Below are positions 47,864 through 57,684 of a DNA stretch of 64,000 bases, piece after piece. A program made the position numbers and the translations under genes. The stretch is from Candidatus Binataceae bacterium. Lineage in GTDB: Bacteria; Desulfobacterota; Binatia; Binatales; Binataceae. The notes under the pieces were generated by a model. The model did no database searches. It was not told the origin of the DNA and saw only the letters and a program-made list of their open reading frames with translations. The DNA is taken from NCBI GenBank assembly GCA_963798375.1, contig CAWCTG010000022.1, positions 272,926-336,925 on the forward strand. The letters are read 5' to 3'. Each line of letters opens with the position of its first letter. Position 1 is the first letter of the stretch.

Positions 47864-49099
47864 ATGACGAAACCAGCGCCGGTGTACGTATTGGGCGGAG
47901 CGCAAACCGACTTTGCCCGCAATTGGTCGAAAGAAGGAAAACATTTCGTGGCGATGATGCGCGAGGCAACTTTGGGCGCGCTCGAAGCTACCCGGATCGA
48001 GCCGCGCGAAGTTGAAACGGCTCACGTCGGCAACTTCGCCGCCGAGCTGTACGCCAAGCAGGGCCATATCGGCGCATTTTTCCTCGAAATCGATCCCACT
48101 TTCTCCGGGCTGCCGACCAGCCGTCATGAGGCTGCATGCGCGTCGGGCTCGATCGCATTGATCGCGGCGTCGGCCGATATCGAAGCCGCGCGCTACGACC
48201 TGGCGTGCGTGGTCGGCGTCGAACAAATGAAGACCGTCGATTCGACCATCGGCGGCGACATCCTGGGCACCGCGGCGTGGTACGAGCGCGAAGCCAAGGG
48301 AATCGAATTCCCGTTTCCGAAACTGTTTGGCCGGCTCGGCGACGAGTACGACAAGCGCTACGGCCTCAAGGATGAACACCTCGCGCACATTTCGGCGGTG
48401 AATTATTCCAACGCGAAGCGCAATCCGAACGCGCAGACCCGCAACTGGTTCATGAGCGAGAGTCACGCGCAGCACGCGAGCAAATTCAACCAGGTCATCG
48501 GCGGCCGCATCAAAGTCAGCGATTGCTCGCAAGTCACGGACGGCTCGGTCGCGCTTTTCCTCGCGTCGGAAAAATTTGCGAGCGCGTGGGCCAAACGCAA
48601 CGGCAAGACGCTCGCCGACATTCCGCGCATCCTCGGATGGGGCCATCATACGGCGCGGCTCGAATTCGACACCAAGGTCGCCGAGAGCAGGGACAACGCC
48701 TACGTGTTGCCGCATACACGCCAGGCAATTCTCGACGCCTTCAAGCGCGCCGGCATCGCGTCCGCCGCCGAGCTGTCGGGAATCGAGACGCACGACTGTT
48801 TCACCACCTCCGAGTACATGGCGATCGATCATTTTGGGATCACCAAGCCGGGCGAATCGTGGAAGGCGGTCGAGGAAGGCGTGATCGAGCTCGGCGGCAA
48901 GCTGCCGATCAATCCGAGTGGTGGGCTGATAGGCGCTGGCCATCCGGTCGGCGCGACCGGCGTGCGCCAGATGCTCGATTGCCATCGGCAGATAACGGAT
49001 AGCGCGGGCGAGTACCAGGTCGAGGGTGCGAAGAAATTTGCGATGCTGAATATCGGCGGCAGCGGCACGACCAGCTGCGTGTTCATCGTCGGCAAGTAA
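47864..49099 (+). CDS. Acetyl-CoA acetyltransferase (thiolase family)
   Basis: HEAACASGS, ETHDCFT, NPSGGLIGAGHPVGATG and NIGGS. Confidence 0.93.
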   Translation: MTKPAPVYVLGGAQTDFARNWSKEGKHFVAMMREATLGALEATRIEPREVETAHVGNFAAELYAKQGHIGAFFLEIDPTFSGLPTSRHEAACASGSIALIAASADIEAARYDLACVVGVEQMKTVDSTIGGDILGTAAWYEREAKGIEFPFPKLFGRLGDEYDKRYGLKDEHLAHISAVNYSNAKRNPNAQTRNWFMSESHAQHASKFNQVIGGRIKVSDCSQVTDGSVALFLASEKFASAWAKRNGKTLADIPRILGWGHHTARLEFDTKVAESRDNAYVLPHTRQAILDAFKRAGIASAAELSGIETHDCFTTSEYMAIDHFGITKPGESWKAVEEGVIELGGKLPINPSGGLIGAGHPVGATGVRQMLDCHRQITDSAGEYQVEGAKKFAMLNIGGSGTTSCVFIVGK

Positions 49100-49218
49100 G
49101 CGACGTCGGGGGGAGGGGTATAGGCTATTAGACACGAAGTTATCCGAGAGAGAAAAGATATGTCCGGAGGCGAGGGGGGGGGGTAAGAGTGGAGGTAAAG
49201 ATCGTCGGCAAGTAAGCG
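49085..49218. repeat. Exact 18-bp direct repeat of the thiolase 3' end (49085-49102 and 49201-49218) around a 98-bp G-rich insert
   Basis: atcgtcggcaagtaagcg occurs twice; the insert contains G6-A-G4 and G10 runs. Confidence 0.85.
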
Positions 49219-49243
49219 CCGCGATCTTTTTTTCGAATGGTCG

Positions 49244-49280
49244 AAGCGGCGGTCCCCAAACGGATCGCCGCTTTTCATTT
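49244..49280 (+). terminator. Putative intrinsic terminator after the thiolase
   Basis: 12-bp stem aagcggcggtcc / ggatcgccgctt (one G-U pair), 6-nt loop, followed by ttcattt. Confidence 0.6.
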
Positions 49281-49325
49281 GAATTCCCGATTGGCTCGCG
49301 CGCGCCGCCGCGGCACAATCGCCGG

Positions 49326-50237
49326 ATGTCCAGGAAAATTCCGTTCACCCTCGTCGATGTCTTCACGTCGCGGCCCTTCGGCGGCAACCAACTCGCGGTC
49401 TTTACCGACGCGGCAACGCTCAGCGCGAGCGAGATGCAGGAGCTGGCGCATGAGATGAACTTCAGCGAATCAACGTTCGTGATGGCGGCCGAATCTGCCC
49501 ACGCCGCGCGGCGCGTGAGGATTTTCACGCCCAGGCGCGAAATGCCGATGGCCGGGCATCCCACGGTCGGCACGGCGTGGGTGCTCGCGAGCCGCGGTGA
49601 GATTGCGCTCGAGTCGGCAAGCGTCGATGCGACGTTGCGGCTCGGGATCGGGCCGGTGACGGTGACTGTTGAGAGCAAGGAAGGCAAGCCGGGCTTTGTC
49701 TGGATGGCGCATCGCGAGCCCGAGTTCGGCGCGAAGCGTCGCGATCGCGCGCGTGTCGCGAAGGCGCTTGGAATCGCCGCGACGGACATCCGCGACGATC
49801 TGCCCATCCAGATCGTCTCGACCGGATTTCCATTCACTTTCGTGCCGCTTCGTACCCTGGACGCGCTCGCGAGATGCGTTCCCAACGTGGCAGCGCACAC
49901 CGCTTTGTTGAAACCGGGCGAGCAGTCGCTTCCTTTACATGCGTTCGTCGCAAACGAGTCGGGCGAGTTCTCTGCTCAATCGCGGATGTTCTCGCCGCAT
50001 GATGGAGTTCCCGAGGACCCGGCGACCGGAAGCGCCGCAGCTCCGTTCGGCGCATACGCTGCCACCTATGGATTGATCAAACCCGCACCCAAGGCCTCAT
50101 TCCTGATCCGGCAAGGCGTCGAGATGGGACGGCCGAGCGAGATTCGCGTCGAGGTCGTGCGCAAAGAAAGCGGCGCATTCGCAATCCGGATCGGCGGCCG
50201 ATGCGCGATCGTCGGTGAAGGTGCGATGTTCCTCTAG
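49326..50237 (+). CDS. PhzF-family epimerase/isomerase
   Basis: VDVFTSRPFGGNQLAV, MNFSESTF, RIFTPRRE.PMAGHPTVG and EDPATGSA. Confidence 0.93.
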   Translation: MSRKIPFTLVDVFTSRPFGGNQLAVFTDAATLSASEMQELAHEMNFSESTFVMAAESAHAARRVRIFTPRREMPMAGHPTVGTAWVLASRGEIALESASVDATLRLGIGPVTVTVESKEGKPGFVWMAHREPEFGAKRRDRARVAKALGIAATDIRDDLPIQIVSTGFPFTFVPLRTLDALARCVPNVAAHTALLKPGEQSLPLHAFVANESGEFSAQSRMFSPHDGVPEDPATGSAAAPFGAYAATYGLIKPAPKASFLIRQGVEMGRPSEIRVEVVRKESGAFAIRIGGRCAIVGEGAMFL

Positions 50238-50264
50238 CGCGCGGGCGCGGCTATTGTTGTGCGC

Positions 50265-50849
50265 ATGGATGACCGCCAAATCCCGTCGGTCGGCGAAAAC
50301 GCTCCCGAGTTCGCGCTCGCTGACTCGACCGGTATGGTTCGCCGGCTCGGCGAACTGATCGCAGGGGGAATGTGCGTCGTCGTTTTCTACCGTGGACACT
50401 GGTGACCGTTCTGCCTCCGCCAGTTGGCGGATTACTCGGAGCACCTCGACGATTTTCGCGCAGCCGGCGCCGAGCTGGTTGCGATCTCCGTGGATGACGC
50501 CGCTCGTGCAGAGCCGTGCCGCCGCGAGCTCGGCATCAAATTTCCGCTGCTATGCGACACTCGGCGCGAGGTCGTCAAGGCATACGGCTTGCTCAACACG
50601 CGGGAAAACGGCGGAATCGCGTTTCCGGCCTCATTTTTGATCGATCGCGATCGCGTCGTGCGTTTCCGCGCGCTGGAAGAAGTCGCCTCGCGCGTCAGCG
50701 TGGACCAATTGGTCGGACTGGTGCGCGCACTTGGCAGCGGCGTCGAGGTGCCGGCGACGCCGCGCCAGCGCGGCGTGTGGCCCGGAGCGATGTTCATCCG
50801 CGCGACGATGAACGCACTTCGCCGCGGCGTTCGCGTCCCGAATCGATAA
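50265..50849 (+). CDS. AhpC/TSA peroxiredoxin-like protein with in-frame TGA, probable selenocysteine (UxxC)
   Basis: ATG 50265 gives ...VGENAPEFAL...VVVFYRGHW-TGA(50403-50405)-PFCLRQL, continuing in frame into ORF 50424..50849 (ELVAISVD, FPLLCD, PASFLID). Confidence 0.85.
50406..50439 (+). promoter_or_regulatory. Putative bacterial SECIS element
   Basis: Perfect stem TCCGCC/GGCGGA with loop AGTT. The loop starts 16 nt after the UGA and has G at its second position. Confidence 0.65.
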
Positions 50850-50953
50850 GATCAAATCGCGTCAGCGCTCCTGGGCAAATTGAAATCACGCGTTGCATTT
50901 TTCAACTTTCCATCTGGTCTCGGCGATCCTATGATTCTGCACGCGGAGTTGGC

Positions 50954-52222
50954 ATGAATCGTCTATATCTTGTGCCGTTATCGTTTCTGCTCGCGACCGG
51001 ATTCAGCGCGTGCTCGGGCGAGGGTATTTCCGAAGCGCCGGTCTCTTACATGAATCCGGAAGGAGTCCGCGTCGAAGCGCTCGCGATGACTTCGCCGCGA
51101 GCCAACGCGGCCGCGATTCGGCTCCGCGACGGACGCGTGCTGATTTGCGGCGGCACGGCGACCGGAGAGGTCGGCGGCGTGCTCGCCAGCGCCGAGCTCT
51201 ACGATCCGGTGGCGCGCAGCTTCACGCCGACCGGCGCTATGACGGTCGCGCGAGCCGGACAGACGATCACGATGCTCCGTGACGGACGCGTGCTGCTCAC
51301 CGGCGGGGTTCAAAATGCCGGCTTTCGCTCGCAGCTCGCCAGTGCGGAGATTTACGATCCGGGCGCCGGCACCTTCAGCGCAACGGGCTCTATGGCGACG
51401 CCGCGCGAAGGGCATACCGCGACGATGCTTCGCGATGGGCGCGTGCTGATCGTCGGCGGCAGCGGCAACGGCGTGAGCACGTTGGGCTCGGCTGAGGTTT
51501 ACGATCCTTCGAGCGGCACTTTCAGCGCCGCGGGCCATTTGAACCAGCCGCGCGTCGCGCATGTCGCCGCGCTGCTTGGCAGCGGCAAAGTATTGATCGC
51601 CGGCGGCGGCCGCGGCGGCATGCCGGGCGGCTATATCTCCTACGACACCGCGGAAATGTACGATCCAGCCACGCGCAGCTTCACCGCGATGCGCGCGCAC
51701 ATGACGAGCGATCGCGTCGGCGCGGCTGCGATCAAATTGAACGACGGGCGCGTGCTGATCGTCGGCGGCAAGAGCGGCAGAGTCGCGACCAGCCGGCATC
51801 CCAATCTTTTTTCGCTGACCCCGCTCAACAGCTCGGAAATTTTCGATCCCGAATCCGGCACCTTCATCAGAACCGGCGACATGAGGGCGCCGCACTACCT
51901 GCCGACTGCAACCATGCTCGACAACGGGAATGTGCTCGTCGTCGGAGGATGGACCATCAAGGGGCCGGTTGTGGTCGGGATGCGCGACGCGGAAATCTAC
52001 CGACCCGAAACGAACCTGTTCTCGCAAGTGGGCCCGACCAACGTCGCGCGGCTCACTAACACCGCGACCCTGCTGAACGACGGCGAGGTTTTGATCGCCG
52101 GCGGCATCGACGCCAATTCGCTGGTAGGTGCGTCGGTCGAGTTCTACTCTCCAACGCAGCATCGGTTCCTGATGCTCCCCGAACCCGGCGAGTCCGCACA
52201 AGCTGCGCCCATGCAGCAATGA
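50954..52222 (+). CDS. Kelch/galactose-oxidase-repeat beta-propeller, probable lipoprotein
   Basis: Lipobox-like LATGFSAC and repeated R.GHTAT.L.DGRVL..GG....SAE.YDP units. Confidence 0.88.
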   Translation: MNRLYLVPLSFLLATGFSACSGEGISEAPVSYMNPEGVRVEALAMTSPRANAAAIRLRDGRVLICGGTATGEVGGVLASAELYDPVARSFTPTGAMTVARAGQTITMLRDGRVLLTGGVQNAGFRSQLASAEIYDPGAGTFSATGSMATPREGHTATMLRDGRVLIVGGSGNGVSTLGSAEVYDPSSGTFSAAGHLNQPRVAHVAALLGSGKVLIAGGGRGGMPGGYISYDTAEMYDPATRSFTAMRAHMTSDRVGAAAIKLNDGRVLIVGGKSGRVATSRHPNLFSLTPLNSSEIFDPESGTFIRTGDMRAPHYLPTATMLDNGNVLVVGGWTIKGPVVVGMRDAEIYRPETNLFSQVGPTNVARLTNTATLLNDGEVLIAGGIDANSLVGASVEFYSPTQHRFLMLPEPGESAQAAPMQQ

Positions 52223-52384
52223 AAGATTCGCCGGCAAATTTATTGCCCGCGTTTGAGCTGCGCGAGGCGCGCGCAGCCGCGCTCCCGCCTCGGGAGAGGC
52301 CATTTGGGCGGCGGGTTTATTTGGGCGCGCGCGCGTGATGAAATCTTTGACAGGATCGAAGGCGCACTGCGGGGAATCATTAGC

Positions 52385-53506
52385 GTGGAATCGGAAAATA
52401 TTCGGCGTCATGAGGCGCTCGAGTCGCGCGCGCCGGCGCTGTCGGCGCCTGCGGTCATGCTCGAACCTCCGCCGGGCCGCATCCTGGTCAAGGAGGTCAA
52501 CTGGCTGGGCGACCTCGTGATGAGCACGCCCGCGCTGCGGGCAATCCGCCGCGCGTGGCCGGGCGCGCATCTGGCGGTGCTGATCAAGAAGGAACTGGCG
52601 AGCTTCTTTGACGGGGCCCGATGGCTCGACGAGGTGATACCGTACTCGGTTGGGCGCGGTCTTTCCGGGTTTTTCGATCGCCGCAGAATTGTCGGAGAAA
52701 TCCGCTCGCGGCGATTCGACCTGGGAGTGTTGTTTCCGAACAGTTTCGAGTCGGCGTTGTGGATTGCGATGGCCGGGATCCGGCGGCGCGCCGGATTTGT
52801 CGCCGATGCGCGCGGCGCGATGCTGACGCTGAAAGCGTCGCCGCCGCCCGAAGCGGTTACCGGTCACCAGGTGAATTATTGGCTCGCGATGGTGCGCGCG
52901 ACGGGCGTTTGCGTTGCCGACACCCGCGCCGATGATTTCGCAATCGACGTCCACGGACCGCATCGCGAGCGCATGCGCGAATGGCTCGCGGCGAATCGCA
53001 AGCGTCCCGGCCGTCCGATCTTTGCAATCGCTCCGGCGGCGGCCTACGGACCGGCCAAGGAATGGCCCGCGGACAGCTACGGCGCGCTGATCGATTTGAT
53101 CGCGCACCGCGAGGACGCCGAAGTCGTGCTGGTTGGCGCGTCGTCGGAGCGCGCGAAGTGCGAAGAAGTTGCGGCGGCGAGCAAATCGGGCGCGATGATC
53201 GCAACCGGACACACCAATGTCGGCGAGCTGATCGCATTGTTGTCGCTGTGCGACGGGTTCATCGGCAACGATTCAGGATGCATGCATCTGGCGGGAGCGC
53301 TGGGAATCCCGACCGTCGCGATTTTCGGATCGACCAATCCGAATCGCACCGGGCCGCTGGGGCCGAAGACGCGCGTGATTTACCACAAGCTCGAATGCAG
53401 CCCGTGCCTGGCGCGCACCTGCCGCTTCGGTCATTACAACTGCCTGACGCAAATCGAACCGGCGGAGCTCGCCGACGCAATCCTCGCGATGCGCGCGTCG
53501 GGTTGA
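52385..53506 (+). CDS. waaF: Lipopolysaccharide heptosyltransferase II
   Basis: VNWLGDLVMSTPAL, PNSFESA, APAAAYGPAKEWP and GNDSGCMHLA; start uncertain (52385 or 52457). Confidence 0.88.
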   Translation: MESENIRRHEALESRAPALSAPAVMLEPPPGRILVKEVNWLGDLVMSTPALRAIRRAWPGAHLAVLIKKELASFFDGARWLDEVIPYSVGRGLSGFFDRRRIVGEIRSRRFDLGVLFPNSFESALWIAMAGIRRRAGFVADARGAMLTLKASPPPEAVTGHQVNYWLAMVRATGVCVADTRADDFAIDVHGPHRERMREWLAANRKRPGRPIFAIAPAAAYGPAKEWPADSYGALIDLIAHREDAEVVLVGASSERAKCEEVAAASKSGAMIATGHTNVGELIALLSLCDGFIGNDSGCMHLAGALGIPTVAIFGSTNPNRTGPLGPKTRVIYHKLECSPCLARTCRFGHYNCLTQIEPAELADAILAMRASG

Positions 53507-53554
53507 ATACTGAAGACTGAAAACTTTAATTCACCGGAAAACCAGGGCATCAAG

Positions 53555-54571
53555 ATGAAACTCAAGGAACTCGCATCGAAGCTGGGACTCGAAATCCGCG
53601 GTGACGGCGGCGTGGAGATTTTCGCGCCGGCGCCGATCGAGGCCGCCGGTCCCGGCATGATCGTCTTCGTCGCGAGCGCGAAGTACGCCCCCGCGCTGCA
53701 ATCCAACGTATCGGCGGCGATCACAACCGCCGAGCTGGGCGCGGGCGCGAAGTGCGCGACGCTGGTCAGCGCGAATCCATACGCCGACTTCGCCCGCGTG
53801 CTCGAGATTTTTTTTCCGCCGTACCGGCCCGCGCCAGGGATCGATCCGCGGGCTTCGATCGCGCCCGACGCGACGATCGGTCCCAAAGCGTCGATCGGCG
53901 CATCGGCGGTAATCGGTGCGGGCGTGACGATCGGGCGCGACGCGGTGATTCATCCCAACGTTACGATCTACCCCAACGTGCGCATCGGCGATCGCTTCAC
54001 CGCGCACAGCCAGGCCTCGATTCGCGAAGGCACGGTGATTGGAAATCGGGTGACGATTTTGAACGGCGCCGTAATCGGCGCCGACGGTTTCGGATTCGTC
54101 GAGGAAAAGGGCGACTTGATCAAGATTCCGCAGGTCGGCGGCGTAATAATCGAGGATGATGTTGAGATCGGCGCGAATTCGACGGTCGATCGCGCGATGA
54201 TGGGGGCGACGGTGCTGCATCGCGGCGTGAAGCTCGACGACCAGGTGCATATCGGGCACAACTGCGAAATCGGCGAGTACTCGCGATTCTCGGGGCACGT
54301 GGGAATCTCGGGCTCGACGCGAATCGGCAAATGGTGCCTGTTCGGCGGACAAGCAGGATGCTCCGACCACGTGACGATCGGCGATCGCGTCATGGTCATG
54401 GCGAAAGCCGGCATCCACCACGACTTGAAAGACGACGCGATCGTCGGGGGCATCCCTGCGGTGGACGTGCGCAAGTTCCGCCGCTACGCCACCGTGCTGA
54501 CGCGGCTGCCCGAAGTGATACGGCGAGTACGCGCGCTGGAGCATCACGCCGGTATCGGCGAGGCGCAATAA
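53555..54571 (+). CDS. lpxD: UDP-3-O-(3-hydroxyacyl)glucosamine N-acyltransferase
   Basis: NPYADFARVL, hexapeptide repeats, IGADGFGF, KIPQVG, GANSTVDR and KLDDQVHIGHN. Confidence 0.96.
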   Translation: MKLKELASKLGLEIRGDGGVEIFAPAPIEAAGPGMIVFVASAKYAPALQSNVSAAITTAELGAGAKCATLVSANPYADFARVLEIFFPPYRPAPGIDPRASIAPDATIGPKASIGASAVIGAGVTIGRDAVIHPNVTIYPNVRIGDRFTAHSQASIREGTVIGNRVTILNGAVIGADGFGFVEEKGDLIKIPQVGGVIIEDDVEIGANSTVDRAMMGATVLHRGVKLDDQVHIGHNCEIGEYSRFSGHVGISGSTRIGKWCLFGGQAGCSDHVTIGDRVMVMAKAGIHHDLKDDAIVGGIPAVDVRKFRRYATVLTRLPEVIRRVRALEHHAGIGEAQ

Positions 54572-54689
54572 TCGACGGCAGCGCCGAGAAATGCGGATGA
54601 CGCGACAATCAATTGGCACGATCGCGTTAGCGGTGGCGGTGGCTCTGGAAGCTGCCGACATCGAGTAGCAGATTCGGCCGACGTCTCCA

Positions 54690-55634
54690 GTGCCAGCACT
54701 CACGTTCACACTTGCGCCACGGCCACCGTTCAGACTCGACATGACGGTGTGGGCGCTTCGGCGCCGCGCGCATAACATCGTCGATCGATTCGACGAGGGC
54801 GTCTGGCGGCGCATCCTGGTGATCGGCAGGTCGCCGGTCGCGGTCGCAGTCAGGCAGACACGGCGCGGTTCGCGTCCGGAAATCGAAGTGCGGATCAGAG
54901 CCGCGCGGCCGCGAGCGGTGAGGGCGGAAGTCGCCTCGATTGTGACCAGGATGCTTGGGCTGGAGCGCGACCTTTCGGACTTCTACCGGCTCGCGCGCGG
55001 CGATGCGCGCATCCGGGAACTGGCGGATCGTATCCGGGGGATGAAACCGGTGCGCTATGCCACGGTGTTCGAAGCGTTCGCGAATGCGGTCGCGTGCCAG
55101 CTCGTGTCGCTGAGCGCGGGGATGCACGTACTGAACCGGCTCACGGAGGCTTGCGGAATCGCCGGCGAGGTTGATGGCGCGACGGCGCCGATGCGATCGT
55201 TCCCGGCCGCGTCCGCGGTTGCGCGCTTGAATCCGGACGCGCTGCGCGCGCTCGGGCTCAGCAGGCAGAAGGGGGAATACCTGATCGGACTCGCGCGGTT
55301 GGCGATCGATCGCAAGGACCGCGATTTCGCGTCGATAGAAGCGCTCGAGGACGACGACGCCGTCGCGCGCCTTTCGACGATTCGCGGCGTGGGACGCTGG
55401 ACCGCGGAGTACGTGATGCTGCGCGGTTTCGGCCGAATCAACATTTTCCCGGGTGACGATGTTGGCGGGCGCAACAAACTCTTCGAATGGCTCGGGGTGG
55501 ACGGCGAGCCCACTTACGACGGCGTGCGGCGGGCGCTCCAGCGGTGGCATCCGTACGCCGGACTCATCTATCTTCATCTGATTGTGAACGGACTCGCCGA
55601 CGATGGCCATTTCGCGCAATCTGCCGCCGGGTAA
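54690..55634 (+). CDS. alkA: DNA-3-methyladenine glycosylase II
   Basis: AVACQLVS, GLSRQK, HhH motif LSTIRGVGRWTAEY and FPGDD. Confidence 0.85.
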   Translation: MPALTFTLAPRPPFRLDMTVWALRRRAHNIVDRFDEGVWRRILVIGRSPVAVAVRQTRRGSRPEIEVRIRAARPRAVRAEVASIVTRMLGLERDLSDFYRLARGDARIRELADRIRGMKPVRYATVFEAFANAVACQLVSLSAGMHVLNRLTEACGIAGEVDGATAPMRSFPAASAVARLNPDALRALGLSRQKGEYLIGLARLAIDRKDRDFASIEALEDDDAVARLSTIRGVGRWTAEYVMLRGFGRINIFPGDDVGGRNKLFEWLGVDGEPTYDGVRRALQRWHPYAGLIYLHLIVNGLADDGHFAQSAAG

Positions 55635-55697
55635 GGCAATGGGAAATCGCGATACTTGCGCGCGGGCTCGATCGCGCGCAACTGAAGGAGAGAAGAC

Positions 55698-56099
55698 GTG
55701 GAAAAAAAGTATATCAATCCAGATACGTTGCTCGCGCCGCGCGGTTATACGCACATCGTGACGATCGCGGGCCCGGCAAAGTTGGTATTCATTTCGGGCC
55801 AGGTGGCAGTTGACAAGCAAGGCAAGTTGGTAGGGCCGGGAGACTTGAAGACCCAGATTCGCCAGGCGGCAAATAATCTGAAAGCCGCGCTCGGGGCTGC
55901 AGGAGCCACCGCAGCCGATATAGTCAAGACCAATACTTACATCGTTAACTACAAGCAGTCTGACTATTCCGCGATGCGCGAGGCGCGCGCCGAACTGTTC
56001 GGGGATGGCGAGCCGCCGGCCTCGACGCTGGTCGGGGTGACGTCGCTGGCGGTCGAGGGACTGATGGTCGAGATGGAAGCGATCGCGGCCGTGAAGTGA
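55698..56099 (+). CDS. RidA/YjgF family protein
   Basis: VFISGQV, PASTLVGV and VEMEAIA. Confidence 0.92.
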   Translation: MEKKYINPDTLLAPRGYTHIVTIAGPAKLVFISGQVAVDKQGKLVGPGDLKTQIRQAANNLKAALGAAGATAADIVKTNTYIVNYKQSDYSAMREARAELFGDGEPPASTLVGVTSLAVEGLMVEMEAIAAVK

Positions 56100-56307
56100 G
56101 CGGCTACGGGGTCGCGACTCGGCGAATGTGAGAATAAACCTCGAACTGCCATTATGTTATGCGTCAGCGAGGTTGCCGGCGGCGGGGAGCTTGACTCGCG
56201 GCGGCGAGATACCCGCAAATGATGGAGGAATATAATGCCGGCAGACGCGCAGGCGCTCATTATATCTCATCGGGGAATGAGACTATGAAGAGTCGGGGGA
56301 AGAGAGC

Positions 56308-57567
56308 ATGAACAGTATCGAAGAACACTATCGCGCGGCGACCGAAAAATCCGCGCAACTCGCCAAGCGCGCCGAGCGGGTGATGCCCGGCGGGGACACC
56401 CGCACCACCACCTACTATCGGCCCTACCCGCTCACGCTCAAGCGCGGCGAAGGTCCTTTCGTATGGGACGTTGACGGCAACAAGTACATCGATCTGCTTG
56501 GCAACTACACCAGCCTGGTTCACGGCAACGCTTACCCGCCAATCGTCGAGGCGGTGAGCAAGGCGGTTCGTGACGGCAGCGCGTGGCCGGCGCGATCGGA
56601 GGCGCAGATCGAGCTGGCGACTCTGCTGTGCGAGCGGGTCGAATCCGTGGCGCGGGTGCGATTTTGCAATTCAGGGACGGAGGCCGGGATGCTCGCGGCA
56701 CACGTCGCGCGGCGCCTTACTGGCCGCAAGCTCATCCTGATGGCGCGCTACGGTTATCATGGATCGTACGACGATTTGGAAGTCGGGCTGGCCGGCCAGG
56801 ACGGCGAGCGCACGATGCTCGCCGACTTCGGCGAGGCGACTGTGTTCGAAGCGCTGCTGTCCGAGCGCGGTGCGGAGATTGCGGCGGTGTTTCTGGAGCC
56901 GATTCTCGGCTCAGCGGGCATCGTGGAGCCGCCGGCCGAATTTCTCGGGCGGGTTGCCGAAGCGGCGCATAGCGCAGGTGCGATGTTCGTGGTCGATGAG
57001 GTGATCACGCTGAGGCTGGCCGAAGGCGGCGGGCAGCAGATTTTCGACGTCAAGCCGGACCTGACGATGTTCGGAAAGATGATTGGCGGCGGATTTCCGG
57101 TCGGAGCGCTCGGCGGCAGCGAAGAAGTGATGTCGGCGTTCGATCCGCGCAATCGCGGCACGATTTTTCATTCGGGCACTTTCAACGGCAATCCGGTCAG
57201 CTGCGCGGCCGGGGTCGTGTCGGTGCGCGAACTGACGCAGGCGCGAATCGAAAAAATGGCCAAGCAGGCCGAGCGGCTGGCCGCCGAGCTGGCGCGCGCG
57301 GCGCGTCAGGTGGGGCTGCCGTTTTCCGTGCGGCATTATGGATCGCTGATGAACGTGTTTTTTCTCAAAGAGCCGCCGCCCGCGACGATCGCACGCGAGG
57401 ACGCCCGCGCGATCGCCAGCTTCCATCTGGCGGCGCTCAATCAGGGCTTGTTTCTCGCACCCCGCGGGATGATCGCGCTCTCGACCGTGATCACTGACGA
57501 AGTCCTGAGCGAGATTTGTGAGCGCGCTACGAAGGCGATGGCCGACGTCGCGCAGGCCGGCGAGTAG
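56308..57567 (+). CDS. Class III aminotransferase (glutamate-1-semialdehyde aminomutase-like)
   Basis: MPGGDTR, WDVDGNKYID, RFCNSGTEA, DEVIT, FGKMIGGGFPVG and HSGTFNGNP. Confidence 0.9.
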   Translation: MNSIEEHYRAATEKSAQLAKRAERVMPGGDTRTTTYYRPYPLTLKRGEGPFVWDVDGNKYIDLLGNYTSLVHGNAYPPIVEAVSKAVRDGSAWPARSEAQIELATLLCERVESVARVRFCNSGTEAGMLAAHVARRLTGRKLILMARYGYHGSYDDLEVGLAGQDGERTMLADFGEATVFEALLSERGAEIAAVFLEPILGSAGIVEPPAEFLGRVAEAAHSAGAMFVVDEVITLRLAEGGGQQIFDVKPDLTMFGKMIGGGFPVGALGGSEEVMSAFDPRNRGTIFHSGTFNGNPVSCAAGVVSVRELTQARIEKMAKQAERLAAELARAARQVGLPFSVRHYGSLMNVFFLKEPPPATIAREDARAIASFHLAALNQGLFLAPRGMIALSTVITDEVLSEICERATKAMADVAQAGE

Positions 57568-57684
57568 CGGCAAGCATCGGCGTCTCAGTGCAGGGGGCGC
57601 GCGCGGCAAGTCCGCGTAAGCCTCCGCATTTTTCAGTTTTTCACCCGTTCACTTCTTCACCGGCGGGGAAATGCCGTTCACTGC

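Noticed and set aside
49096-49218. GTAAGCG as IS66-type terminal inverted repeats
   Set aside because: The two copies are direct, not inverted, include upstream thiolase codons, and no IS66 genes are present.
49326-50237. Phenazine biosynthesis cluster
   Set aside because: Only a lone PhzF-family gene is present, with no phzA/B/D/E/G neighbours; such stand-alone homologues are widespread.
47819-54814. Long antisense ORFs (47819..49900, 50978..53212, 53531..54814; likewise 35539..36795 and 46664..47749)
   Set aside because: They are shadows of well-supported opposite-strand genes in high-GC DNA and show no recognisable motifs.
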